Shown one piece after another: positions 10,264 to 20,900 of a DNA stretch of 64,000 bases. The notes under the pieces were generated by a model. That model was not told where the DNA came from. It was given only the letters and a program-made list of their open reading frames with translations, and did no database searches. How positions within the stretch are numbered: the first letter of the stretch is position 1; each line of letters begins with the position of its first letter. Position numbers and translations under genes: made by a program. The DNA is taken from NCBI GenBank assembly GCA_965116925.1, contig OZ220744.1:256001-320000 (forward strand), written 5' to 3'. The DNA is from Candidatus Poribacteria bacterium. Its GTDB lineage: Bacteria > Poribacteria > WGA-4E > PCPOR2b.

Positions 10264-10833
10264 TTATTCTTGCTTTGACAACATTCGACCAAGCCGTTCC
10301 ATTCCAGCTACCATCCGCGACTTGACCGTACTGATAGGACACTCCAAGATTTCAGCAATCTCTCGAAATTTCATGCCGTTGTAATGCCGCAGGGTAACCA
10401 CGACTCGCTGATCTTCCGGCAAACGCACCAACACCGAGCGTACCCTGTCTTCAATCTCTTTCTTCAGCACAGCTGCGTCCGGCAGATCCGACGGATCGAT
10501 AAATCTTTCGCCGAAACCTTCAGATTCTGACTCTAGATAGGCTGCAATCGGGGTCTCTTTTCGACGTTGTTGCTTGGCAAGCGTATCCAGACAGAGATTC
10601 GTTGCAATACGATACATCCATGTGGAGAATTTCGCCCTTGCACGAAACGTCTTGGCAGAACGATAGATGCGAAGAAACACCTCCTGCCGAAGATCTTCCG
10701 CTAACACGATGTCGTTAACCATTCGATAGCAATAATTCAGCAGCTGCTTCTCCCACCGTTTGACCAATGTATCAAACGAACGCAAATCACCCGTCTGAAG
10801 TTGGTGCATCAAAGCCTCATCTGATTTTTCCAC
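10264..10833 (-). CDS. ECF sigma-70 factor (RpoE/SigW-like)
   Basis: AEDLRQEVFLR, FSTWMYRIATNLCLD, EIAEIL..PISTVKSR. Confidence 0.92.
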   Translation of the reverse strand: MEKSDEALMHQLQTGDLRSFDTLVKRWEKQLLNYCYRMVNDIVLAEDLRQEVFLRIYRSAKTFRARAKFSTWMYRIATNLCLDTLAKQQRRKETPIAAYLESESEGFGERFIDPSDLPDAAVLKKEIEDRVRSVLVRLPEDQRVVVTLRHYNGMKFREIAEILECPISTVKSRMVAGMERLGRMLSKQE

Positions 10834-11129
10834 GCTTACCTCCAGACTGGATGGTAATTTGGATGAGAAGGTTGGCTGATTTCGATCCGTTTAACCATAT
10901 AGACAGCTAAGACATGGAAAAAGACGAGATTTTTTAAAAAAAATTAGAGGGGCAGTAACTTTGGTGCTTATACGTGCCTTGTGGCATCTAAAAATAAAAA
11001 AGCCACCTCCCGATTCCAGCCTCCCTGTGTTCGGGGGGAGGATAAGAATCAAAGAGGTGGCTGATTTGGTGAGATTGGCATCTCACGGGGACGAAATGCG
11101 AATAGGGAGGAGAATTAGTGGAGATGTTG

Positions 11130-11180
11130 TTTATAGAAAAAGACCAAAACAAGACCGGCGCGACAACGCGCCGGTCACTG
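11130..11180 (-). terminator. intrinsic terminator of the 13773-11211 operon
   Basis: GACCGGCGCG-loop-CGCGCCGGTC followed by a T-rich tract on the minus strand. Confidence 0.65.
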
Positions 11181-11210
11181 TGAAGATGTTTGTATTCTAA
11201 AAATCTTGAG

Positions 11211-11777
11211 CTACAAATCCAATTCTGCCCGAAGTTTAGTCATGACCATTTCTGCGGTTTCGGCCCCCCACATTTTGGTGAAATGATCCTTTGCAACAGA
11301 TAATGATTTTTCTACAACCGGACGGGGGACCTCCGTGAGCAGGTTGCGAAGCTGCCCAAAAAGCGCGGCCTGGGCTGCTCGGGCCCGTTTCTGAAATGCT
11401 TCTTGTGCTTCGTTGGTGGGGTATACTTCCAAGAAATCCTCTGGTGACATGGTACTCACTTCAATAAGGTCCGGATAGGTTTCCTGAAACCACATATTCA
11501 GTTGATTAAATTGTTCAATCACCCAAGGGGCAACGTTTTCATCTGGAGCGAAGAGGGCAGCCTTATGTATCTCATGAACAGGAACGGGCTCGAAATACAT
11601 GTTCTGTGGCGGGTGGGTAGGCGGCACATCAACAGATGCCACCCGCTTGGGAGACCGCTTTGGCACTTTGTAGACTTTAACTGGTTCAGGTGGAGGCGTG
11701 TATCTCAGGTAGAAATAGAAGGCAACGCCCCCAATAAGTATCAAGAGACCCCCAAGTTGTATGGTTTGCTTTACCAT
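11211..11777 (-). CDS. hypothetical protein with N-terminal TM anchor
   Basis: Start MVKQTIQ after GAGAGG RBS; TM then PPPEPVKVYK. Confidence 0.65.
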   Translation of the reverse strand: MVKQTIQLGGLLILIGGVAFYFYLRYTPPPEPVKVYKVPKRSPKRVASVDVPPTHPPQNMYFEPVPVHEIHKAALFAPDENVAPWVIEQFNQLNMWFQETYPDLIEVSTMSPEDFLEVYPTNEAQEAFQKRARAAQAALFGQLRNLLTEVPRPVVEKSLSVAKDHFTKMWGAETAEMVMTKLRAELDL

Positions 11778-11933
11778 AATAAATAACCTCTCATCGGTTG
11801 GGGATGAGTCGAAGCACTTTGATGATGAAATTGAAGCAATGTAAAAAGAAAACACCAAAGGTGAGATGGATCTGACAACCAGGACCAGGTACAGGTTCAA
11901 AAATGTTTAAGAAAAATGGGGGAAGCCGGTTCA

Positions 11934-13109
11934 CTATTCGTTCGGTGAGGTGGTGCCTCGACGTGATGCCTCTTGCAGTGCCTCTTGGGCCTGACCGCTC
12001 TCTGGACCAAAACGTTGGACAGAATCCGTCTTGCCCAACGTGGGAATGGGCAAGGACTTTGAAACAACCGCTGCTTGGCTAAGTGTTTCTGCCCCCTCAG
12101 TAGTGGGATACGTACTAGCATCACTAACGCTAGCAGAATCTTCTGCGATAGAATGTTTCGTATCCCAAGTATGATGTGAGGTTTTTTGGGGCTTGGGGGG
12201 TGGTAGGGATTCAGCTTGGCGGACAGCCTGTTCAGCCCAAAGTGTCTCTTGTGCATTTGCAATATCGCTTTCAAAGAATACTCTAAGTGTCAGCGAGTCC
12301 TCCGGCAAAATCGCTAGTGCTTCAAAAAAGGTTTTGTAGCGGACATCCGCACGGTCTTGTGGGGTCAGCCACTTTTCTGTAAGATCGATAGGTTCCATTT
12401 CTCGTTTCTTTAGTGTTTCCAAATAGTGGTTCTCGACAAGCCTCGATTCGGATGGGGCATTTTCCTTCATCCACGCCCGAAGATCTTGAATGGGTTGAGT
12501 TAAATACTTCATCTGCGGGATTTCCTCATTCCATTTAATTTTCAACTGTGTATCCTCTATTGCTTTCTGGAGCGCTTCAGTTTCTCCAAAGAGTTCTCTT
12601 TCCAATTCAAAAAAACGAAGCCCACTTTCCAAATCCAAGTATCCATCTGCCATCAAACTATGTCCTCTAAGATGTAAGTATTCGGCCCAACTAGGGTCGC
12701 CGTCCCCAAGTGCCGCTGCTACTGCGTGAATCTTTTCCTGTGCCAATTCAAAGTTGGTTTCCTTAAGGGTGATGGCTTCGGCAAACGCTTTTTGAATAGT
12801 TTCATGACTGAGCTGGACTGAATGGCTTTTTTGCACTGATTTATTTTCTGCAGCAGTAGTCTGGATAGTCTCACGACTAAGCTGGGCTGAATGGCTTTTT
12901 TGCACCGCTTTATTTGTTGCAGTGGTCGGAGACGAAACTTTACCGGGTATTTGTTCACTGTGTGGGTGAGAATGGATGTCACTATGTTGATGATCCGGTA
13001 CATGGAGGTGCCCTACCATTACTTTTTCTGTCTCCCGCGTTTGTGAAACAAGGAATATTACAAGCAGGGAGAAGGACAGAAAAAATGCAAGCCATGGAAT
13101 CTTCTTCAT
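11934..13109 (-). CDS. hypothetical protein with N-terminal anchor, His-rich segment and internal duplication
   Basis: 391-aa ORF with GGAGG RBS; NK.VQKSHS.QLS.ETIQ occurs twice. Confidence 0.7.
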   Translation of the reverse strand: MKKIPWLAFFLSFSLLVIFLVSQTRETEKVMVGHLHVPDHQHSDIHSHPHSEQIPGKVSSPTTATNKAVQKSHSAQLSRETIQTTAAENKSVQKSHSVQLSHETIQKAFAEAITLKETNFELAQEKIHAVAAALGDGDPSWAEYLHLRGHSLMADGYLDLESGLRFFELERELFGETEALQKAIEDTQLKIKWNEEIPQMKYLTQPIQDLRAWMKENAPSESRLVENHYLETLKKREMEPIDLTEKWLTPQDRADVRYKTFFEALAILPEDSLTLRVFFESDIANAQETLWAEQAVRQAESLPPPKPQKTSHHTWDTKHSIAEDSASVSDASTYPTTEGAETLSQAAVVSKSLPIPTLGKTDSVQRFGPESGQAQEALQEASRRGTTSPNE

Positions 13110-13128
13110 TGTGCAATTTCCTCCGCGG

Positions 13129-13428
13129 TTAGTTTAATAATAGCAGAGCACTCATCAACGTAATGTAATGCCACCAGAAGTCGTCTGATTTGTTTTCTGG
13201 TGCCTTTTTGTTTTCTAGTACATTCGCCTTTTCTCGCTCTTCGTATATATAGGTGATTGTGGTTTCTGTGTGCTGCCTTCCGTCAACGTCAACCCATTCT
13301 TTTGTTTCTGCTATTTCGCCAACTTTCACCTTCTCCATTTTCACGGTTCCCGAGCACCCCTGTAGAAACCATGAAACCGAAAGCAGAATCACAGCGCACC
13401 ACAAAGAATACTTCAAAGAGTATTTCAT
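13129..13428 (-). CDS. small putative lipoprotein
   Basis: LQGC lipobox-like motif; shares its core with 13468..13773. Confidence 0.7.
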   Translation of the reverse strand: MKYSLKYSLWCAVILLSVSWFLQGCSGTVKMEKVKVGEIAETKEWVDVDGRQHTETTITYIYEEREKANVLENKKAPENKSDDFWWHYITLMSALLLLN

Positions 13429-13467
13429 TTTCCTCCTCCATTGTTGTTGATGAAGAATTCAGCAACA

Positions 13468-13773
13468 CTACCCTCCCCCGAGGAGTCCAGCAACAGCTAC
13501 TCCAGCGGCAATTAGTGCTGCTATTTTCGCGGGGTCGCTATACCAGTGTGAGTGATGTCTTTCTCGCTCTTCGTAAATATACGTCGTTACAACCCTTGTG
13601 TGCTTTTTTCCATCAGAGTCAGTCCATTCAGTCGTTTCCGTTATCTGGCCAACTTTCACTTTCTCTGTTTGGTAGTCAGCAATGGTATCAGGAGTGAATG
13701 GGAAGACGTTTATTAGAAATAAGCATAAAACAAAAATTCGCAAACAATGGTGTTTCCAAAAATTGCGTTTCAT
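13468..13773 (-). CDS. small exported protein with hydrophobic Ala/Gly-rich C-terminus
   Basis: AGGAGG RBS; signal peptide; paralog of 13129..13428. Confidence 0.7.
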   Translation of the reverse strand: MKRNFWKHHCLRIFVLCLFLINVFPFTPDTIADYQTEKVKVGQITETTEWTDSDGKKHTRVVTTYIYEERERHHSHWYSDPAKIAALIAAGVAVAGLLGGG

Positions 13774-13990
13774 TGTATATCCTCCTTGTAAAAATTGTCA
13801 AGAAAATTAGAAGGTTGCTTCAGGGTAAGCGGGGGTGGAAGTGTCCTGAAGTTTCCTATTAATTTGTGCCTGTCACGGTAAGAATAACACGGAATAATCC
13901 CAGTAGAATCGACCCATGCACTGCGCCAATATAAATTTGCTTGAGACGTTCTACCCCGGACTCCTTCCGGGACTTTCATAACCTCTGTAG

Positions 13991-14006
13991 GCAATTACCA
14001 TGCCAA
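13991..14006 (-). promoter_or_regulatory. sigma54 promoter
   Basis: TTGGCATGGTAATTGC, GG-N10-GC. Confidence 0.7.
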
Positions 14007-14091
14007 AAAAGGCAAGAACGCCCCAAAGTCAGTCACCATAAGGCTTTCAGCGAAATACGGCAAAAAATTGTCGAAGGAATTAACCCTATTG

Positions 14092-14141
14092 TTAGCAACT
14101 GTTGCTAAGCAACTAGTGCTAATATTGGCAACTATTGCTAA
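14092..14141. promoter_or_regulatory. three palindromic sites TTAGCAAC-T-GTTGCTAA (candidate enhancer)
   Basis: Perfect copy at 14092..14108; degenerate copies at 14106..14122 and 14125..14141. Confidence 0.6.
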
Positions 14142-14371
14142 CATTTTTGCACGTTCGATTCTGTTACGAAACGGTTGCCCCAGATAACGATAGTGTGTTG
14201 ACGTTTCCGTGTTGATGGAGAATTAAAGGAATGCAAAAGCGGCAGCGGGAGTAAGGTAGTGTGGAATCTCTAAAGAGATGTGCGAAAGACGAGATTATTT
14301 CAGGGGGAAAATTCAAGGACCTGACGTTTTACGTTTCACGTTTCACGTCCAATATGGTATTATACTCAAAC

Positions 14372-14744
14372 GCTTGAGTTGGGTAGGCGATCGCGTTCCG
14401 AGAGATCGGGATGAGGAAAGTCCGGACTCCGCAGGGCGGGATGCTGGATAACCCCCAGGAGCGGTGACGCTATGGAAAGTGCAACAGAAAGCAGACTACA
14501 ACGCTTCGGCGTTGTACAGGTGAAACGGTGCGGTAAAAGCGCACCAGTTCCGATGGTGACATCGGAAGCTTGGTAAACCCCGTTTGGAGCAAGGTCGAAT
14601 AGGAGGATGTATTGGGTGCGCCCGCCTAGTCCTCGGGTATGACTGCTTGAGGTTGATGGTAACATCAATCCCAGATGAATGATCACCACCCCGATGCGCG
14701 AGAGCAATTCGGGGAACAGAAACCGGCTTATTCCCAACTCAAGC
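14372..14744 (+). ncRNA. rnpB: RNase P RNA, bacterial type A
   Basis: GAGGAAAGTCCGGACTC, GGAAAGTGCAACAGAAA, GGTAAACCCC..GAGCAAG, ACAGAAACCGGCTTA; terminal pairing GCTTGAGTTGGG/CCCAACTCAAGC. Confidence 0.97.
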
Positions 14745-14769
14745 CCCTTTATCAGGAGGAGGATCCCCA

Positions 14770-15615
14770 ATGGAACTGACAGAAGAGGAACGGTTTAACC
14801 TAGAACGCAGGACGTATGACTGCCCTCCAACACTGACAGACAATCAGGTGCTGGAGTTCTGCCAACAGGGTTTTCTCGTTTTGAAAGGCGTTGTGCCAGA
14901 CGAGATTAACCGCAGAGCGTTTGCGTATCTAGAAGAGAACACCTATTTTGAACCCGCCGAAATCCTCAAAGAAGACTGGTTCGTCGATAATGTGATACTC
15001 AATCCACAGGCAGCCAGCGCAGTCCGATCGTTACTCGGTAAAAACTTCGGCTTGCCGGTTATGATGAGTCAACATCGGGTTAAGTGCCCGATGTTAGGTC
15101 AGGGGTGGCATCGGGACGCCGGCTCCAAGTGGGGACCTGAACTAAATTATCTGCAAGTGTTCTACTATCCGCAGGATACGCCGGAATCGTTCGGACCCAC
15201 CGAAGTATTGCCCGGTTCACATCTTTTTAACGCATCTGCGCGTTACATGAGTCACTACGGAAACATTCGGGGAGCGGTGAAAACGACCGCGCCAGCAGGT
15301 TCAATCTTCATCACCGTTTACTCAATCTGGCACCGCCGTTCTGCTTCGACAGCGGAAGGAATGCGTCACATGTTGAAGTATAACTACTGGCGAACCGTGC
15401 CACCAGAACGAGACTGGATAATTGAACCCGACTTCGACTTTGAGGCTGCGGACTACGGTCCTAACCGTTTCCAAAGTGCTCACATGTTCTACTGGCTCTG
15501 CGGGAAGAAGGAGGAATTTCGCTGGATTGGAGGGCAAGGGTGGCCACTACGTTACGGTAGGGGACCCAACTACAAGCCTTACGGCGCACCGTCTGCGCCG
15601 CCGGGAGACTGGTAA
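14770..15615 (+). CDS. phytanoyl-CoA dioxygenase (PhyH) family
   Basis: GWHRD, GPTEVLPGSH, IWH. Confidence 0.85.
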   Translation: MELTEEERFNLERRTYDCPPTLTDNQVLEFCQQGFLVLKGVVPDEINRRAFAYLEENTYFEPAEILKEDWFVDNVILNPQAASAVRSLLGKNFGLPVMMSQHRVKCPMLGQGWHRDAGSKWGPELNYLQVFYYPQDTPESFGPTEVLPGSHLFNASARYMSHYGNIRGAVKTTAPAGSIFITVYSIWHRRSASTAEGMRHMLKYNYWRTVPPERDWIIEPDFDFEAADYGPNRFQSAHMFYWLCGKKEEFRWIGGQGWPLRYGRGPNYKPYGAPSAPPGDW

Positions 15616-15765
15616 AAATGCAAATAGTAGTAGGCATACTCCGTATGCCGTAACCCTTGTGCAAATTATATCACTTCAGTAGGTCGATTTTCCAAAATTG
15701 ACGGTTTTGTGTCTATCGCTCCATTGGGACTGAATGAACCGATGAACTCGCTCACGCATTACGTT

Positions 15766-16950
15766 TCACGGGTTAGGTTTCCATTTGATAAGGACACCGC
15801 CGTTGGGGTAATGACCGTATGCGGTCAGCACTGAACCATCGCCCAGCGAAGTCGAATACAAGTGTCCAGAGACGCATTCATACCACTGGGCAGGGTTGTT
15901 GTAGGACCAATCGTCAAGGATGTACATCCTGTCTAAATTCCACGTCTGACCGTGATCGTGGCTGACGAGGGCATCGCAGCCCCGTCGATAACTGGCAAAT
16001 TTACCCCCGCGGATATCTAACCGTCGGATAACGGTCATCACAAGATCATCGTTCGGGAGGCGGAGGAGGTTAGCGTGCATCCGGCCCGCTTCCAGCAGAT
16101 GCTCAACCGGCGACCACGTTGCCCCATCATCTTTGGAAATTGAGATACCTGTCCCCTCAAAGTTGTCGTAATGATACTTAATGTACTTGCCGAGCATATC
16201 GGTACGTATCGCAGCGATAATCCACCCGTTCGCAGCACGAACCATGGCACCTTCCCCACAGCCACGTTCATACGTCACTCCCGCGCAGGTGTCTTGCCAT
16301 TTCCACGCCTCGGGCCAACTATGGTTTTCCCACGTCCGTCCACCATCATTTGACCATCGGACACAGCCACAAATCGCTTTGTCGAAACTGAAGTTGTCCG
16401 GAAACGTCTGACCCGTCCACCCAATCCGTGTGGCGCGCCCTTGCGCGTCGCGGTCTACAAGCGGATTGCCTTCGGAGCAAAAGTCTTTCCCATCCGGTGC
16501 TTTTGCCAGTGGAATCCGTTCCGACCATGTCCGGCCGTAGTCATGGCTGAAACAGAGCGACGAACCTGACTCCGCCATCAGTCCACCGTCATTGTAACTG
16601 AGGGTGCCGCCGCCCAGATCGGTCAACATGACAGGACGACCATAGCCAATCGCCTGATAATCACTCCAGGTGGCTCCGCCATCCGAACTGATGGCGGCGA
16701 CGGTTTCTTCACCGTTTTGAAAAGTGATGCGATCGGTCTTTGCTGCGCCTAGCAGTAGGATCTCGCCGTTATCCATCTTTGCCAAACCAAAAGGGACAAC
16801 CTTGGCGTTGCCGAAGCGTGGCAAAAACTGATATTCCGCCGGAATTGACAGGTATCCACCCCTGCCATCTCCTACGAGCACCCGGTGATCTTTCCAAGAA
16901 AATGTCTCAAGACTATCAGCGGTTTTGTCAACCATAAGAAACGCTCCCAT
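15766..16950 (-). CDS. sialidase-like BNR/Asp-box repeat protein
   Basis: Five S.D.G.TW Asp boxes. Confidence 0.8.
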   Translation of the reverse strand: MGAFLMVDKTADSLETFSWKDHRVLVGDGRGGYLSIPAEYQFLPRFGNAKVVPFGLAKMDNGEILLLGAAKTDRITFQNGEETVAAISSDGGATWSDYQAIGYGRPVMLTDLGGGTLSYNDGGLMAESGSSLCFSHDYGRTWSERIPLAKAPDGKDFCSEGNPLVDRDAQGRATRIGWTGQTFPDNFSFDKAICGCVRWSNDGGRTWENHSWPEAWKWQDTCAGVTYERGCGEGAMVRAANGWIIAAIRTDMLGKYIKYHYDNFEGTGISISKDDGATWSPVEHLLEAGRMHANLLRLPNDDLVMTVIRRLDIRGGKFASYRRGCDALVSHDHGQTWNLDRMYILDDWSYNNPAQWYECVSGHLYSTSLGDGSVLTAYGHYPNGGVLIKWKPNP

Positions 16951-17144
16951 TGCCGGTGCCGGCAGTTGTTTTTAGGTATCTTAAAAAAGCGAGCTGTAGC
17001 ACAGAATTATAAATCTGCGATCAACACAACCATTTTGCGATTGATTTGTCCCCTGCCGTGTGTTATGATGTGTCTCTCTGAGAATTCAATGTTTCTATCA
17101 ATTACGTTGCGATTAGAATGTTACCGTTGGGTGAGGAAATCACA

Positions 17145-17924
17145 ATGCCAATCGATATTGACGAGTGCGTCGCAGAAATTCTGGACATCGGACACTGCAT
17201 CCTACCGGGCCATTTTCCTCGGAGGGAACTTGAAGAATGCCGTCAAGCGTTTGAGCCGCTACTGCAAGATGTCGCCACCCGTATTCCCGAAGGCAACCGC
17301 GGACCCAATCGATGGGCGATTGGATTGCCCTTCGCGCCGCCGTTCTATCACTCCGCCTTCTTCAACGACGACACAGTAATCGAGATTATCAGCCGCATCT
17401 TGGGTGAGGACATGCACATCTCCTATTACGGCACGGACACACCGATACAGGGATCGGAATATCAGCATGTCCACGCAGATCTACCTTTTCTGTTCAAAGA
17501 AGAGCCAGCACATCGCCATCCACCCGCGCTGCTGTCCGTGCGATTTACGTTCATTGATATGACCCTCGAGAACGGTCCCTTTGAAGTCGCAGAACGCACC
17601 CAACATCTGCCCCGAACCGAGACGCTGGAAAGAGCTAATGCGGGCAAGATCGCTCTCAAGCCTTTGCTACTCAAAGCCGGCGACGTACTAATCTCCGATC
17701 CACGTACCATCCACCGTGGCACACCCAACCGCACTAGTACATCCCGCCCCTTTGCCGTTATTGTTCACAATCGCCACTGGTACAATATCAGCCGTGAACG
17801 ACTGGAGGCAAACGAAGACACGCCAATGCTGACCGAGGCGTTCTATGGCACATTGTCGCAGCGGGAACAAAACCTACTGCGAAAAGTCCCTAGAATACCT
17901 TCTGGCAGTACCCCACCTCCGTAG
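17145..17924 (+). CDS. PhyH family dioxygenase
   Basis: QHVHAD, ENGPFE, IHRGTPN. Confidence 0.85.
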   Translation: MPIDIDECVAEILDIGHCILPGHFPRRELEECRQAFEPLLQDVATRIPEGNRGPNRWAIGLPFAPPFYHSAFFNDDTVIEIISRILGEDMHISYYGTDTPIQGSEYQHVHADLPFLFKEEPAHRHPPALLSVRFTFIDMTLENGPFEVAERTQHLPRTETLERANAGKIALKPLLLKAGDVLISDPRTIHRGTPNRTSTSRPFAVIVHNRHWYNISRERLEANEDTPMLTEAFYGTLSQREQNLLRKVPRIPSGSTPPP

Positions 17925-17991
17925 GCGAGGCATCTTGCCCCGCCAAATATGCCACAATGATTTTTCGGATAGGCTTTAAAAGGCGGTCAAT

Positions 17992-20900
17992 CTACAATTT
18001 TTTCTGCGTCTGCTCGGATAACGCTTTGAAATACTGCTGAATCAGTTCTCGATACTGCGGTGGCAAACTTTCCTGCTCCCCGGACCTGAGATTTGATTCA
18101 ATCTGCTGTATGGTTTCTAGCAACTTGGGGTCGAGTGGTGGCGCACCATCTCCGGCGGCTGTTGGTGTTTTGGCAACTGCACTCTTTCTTCTTTTGCTGA
18201 CCTCTCGCTTCTGCAACGATTTGGAACTTTCGAGCATCCGTGTCAAGATTTCCCGCTGTTTGTCTAGCACTTGCTGATTTAGGTTGCCTTGCTGAAGTTT
18301 GCCTTCCACCTCTTTCATCTCTTCAGCGATACTGTTGAGATCGCCGAGCATTTCTGACAGTCTTTCCATCATGTCCGCTACCCGTTCTGTGGCTTCCCGA
18401 ATCATCTGCTGCTCGTACGCCATCCGCTGCAGCATCTGTTCGTTGCTTGGCGTGCGTCCTTGTCTCCGCATCTGCTGGTTCAGCTGCTGTGCCATTTCGT
18501 TCAGTTGTCCCTGACTTTGCGCCAGTTGTTCAAGTTGTTCCAGCATATTTTGCATCCCGGCTTCCCCCATCTGTTGATTCATCTGATCCATTGCTTCGAG
18601 CAGATCCGCAATAGATTGATTGAGGTCTGCCAATCCCTGCTTCTGGATCGGGACAGCGAGGTTCGGCTTCCTATCTTCCAAAGCTCGTGCAGAACGTTCA
18701 AAGGCATCCGCGGCAGCGTTAAGCCGCCAAACGGTTTTAGGGTCAATCTGCATCTGGTTCGTGCCTAATTCCCAAAGCCGATCCGCCAGCAGGTTAAGAC
18801 CCGCTGCTAGTCCTAATTCACTCGCTGCGAGTCCCTGCAACTGCTTAACTTCACCCGGCAAATACTGTCCATGTCCAGATTGCAAAATTTCGTCGGTCCC
18901 CTCAATCGCTTCCTCGTGGGTTCTTGAAAGATAGAGACCGCTCCGCACCGCGTCGCGTATTGCGGTCAAAGTCTCCTCTGCATTTCCACCTTCCATAAAC
19001 TCTAACGCATTATCCAGTCCTTGATGCAGTTCGGTAAGTCCTTGCTGCGCCGCCGCTCCAGACTCCATTGCGCGCTGCATCTGATTGCCACGAATTTGTT
19101 GGGTTGCGGATCGAAGATCTTGCGCGATCTGTACGTCTCGTGCGAATTGATTTAGCCGTTTGATTTCATCAGCAACCCGTTTGAGATTCTCTAATTCTGA
19201 CATCTCCTCCCCGAGTTCATTGAGAGTTTGGTGCAGGTCCTCCATCCCTTCCGCAATACGTTCTTCTTGCTGGGCAAGTTGTTTTGGATCCGATCGGGGC
19301 GTGTCGGCACCCTGGACCTCATCTAGCGCACTGTTCTGATCAACTTGGTCAGCGAGATCTCTCAACTGTTCCATTAGACGTTCTTGGCGTTCAGCGAGTT
19401 CCTTCGTCTGATTAACCGCCGCTTCTAGCTTCTGTTGAATGATCATCTGTTTATAGAGATCTTTCAGCCGATCAAGCTGCTGAAGAAACCGTTCTTGATT
19501 AAAGTGTGCTTCCATCAACTTCTGCTCCTGCTCAGATAGTTCCTGCATCTCTAACGCTTCTGCTAACTTACGCAACAACTCTTTATGCTCCTCCGAGAGT
19601 GCCTGATCTATCAACTCTTGCAACTCCTGAAACTTCTCTACCGTCTGCATATCGAACAGCTGTTGTTTCTCCATCTGATCAGCAGTCTGCTGCATCTCCT
19701 CACTTAGATTTTTCGCTGTTTTCTCAATCTCTTGCTGATTTTTGAGAACCTGTTCCATCAGTTTCTCATCTTTCAGGGTTAGCTCTTGGCTCTTCCGTAT
19801 CTTATCTAGTAGTTCATCGACTATCGCAGTTTGCTCCGCCTGAGCATCGTGTAACGCTTCAAGCCCTTGCATCTCGACTTCCTGCTCAAATTCGACCGCA
19901 TCGTAAAGTTCCGCTAGCGTGGGGAAACGGATCGAATAGATATTGGATTTGCCGATGTTTGGTCCAGAAACATTATCCGCATCAATTGCCTCGGCATGGT
20001 AAGAGATGATATCTCCCGGATACAGTCCTAGAGGATCGATGTCCCAAGGAAATTCGATAAAGACTAGCGTATCCGTTGGATCCCACGTTTTCAAAGGCAC
20101 TATTACGTCATCGTCTGTACCCTCAACCCGATAAACAAGCTGAATTTTCTCCACACCGTAGTCATCTTTCGCATCGAGTTGCAGAGAAACAATCATCGAG
20201 TCGTCAAGCACAACATCTTTCCCCGGTGCAACAATCTCGATTTGAGGTTCAGCGTCCTCAATCGCGTGAATCGTGTACGCAATCGGTTGTGAGTTTGAAA
20301 TGTTATCGACATCAATTAGTTCAATATGATACTTCTCGCTACGCTGAACGATAAAGCTGCCGGATAACCGGGTGCCTTCTGAGACTGTAAGTTTGACTGG
20401 ATCCGATTCTTCAAAAACCAGTCTCGCCGAGGCGATGGGTTGATTTCCGTCTCCCTCAAAATGAACCATTGTTCCAATAAGGGTGGTGACATCGCCGAGA
20501 TTTTCCTCAACTATCTGCGGGGAAAGTTGCGTGTATTTCGGGTAGTTGAGTTTAAGTTGGAAGCGACTTAGGATTGGGGCGCGAGTCACAGTGATATGAA
20601 AACGTTCTGATTGTTCTTCTTTCACCACGATGTAATATTCCATTGATTGCGTGACATTTTTGAACGTGAAGCGGTAGGCGATTTCAGTTTCATTTCTTGT
20701 CATCACAAGATTACGCCACGCGCTCACCGATGCCATCGTTTCACCTCCACCGCCGACCCGATAATAGAGATGCACAGGGGCCCCAAAGTGCCCCGTCACT
20801 TTCGCGGTGATAGTAACATCCGTCCCTGATTGTATTCGTAGGTTCCCCGGCTGGACCTCATCAATCTGGACGACCAGAATATCCTGCGGCGTTTTAGGTA

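Noticed and set aside
10981..10997. GTGGCATCTAAA resembling the sigma54 motif at 3685
   Set aside because: Lacks the -12 TTGC and points to no gene
14366..14770. 134-aa minus-strand ORF
   Set aside because: Antisense shadow of rnpB
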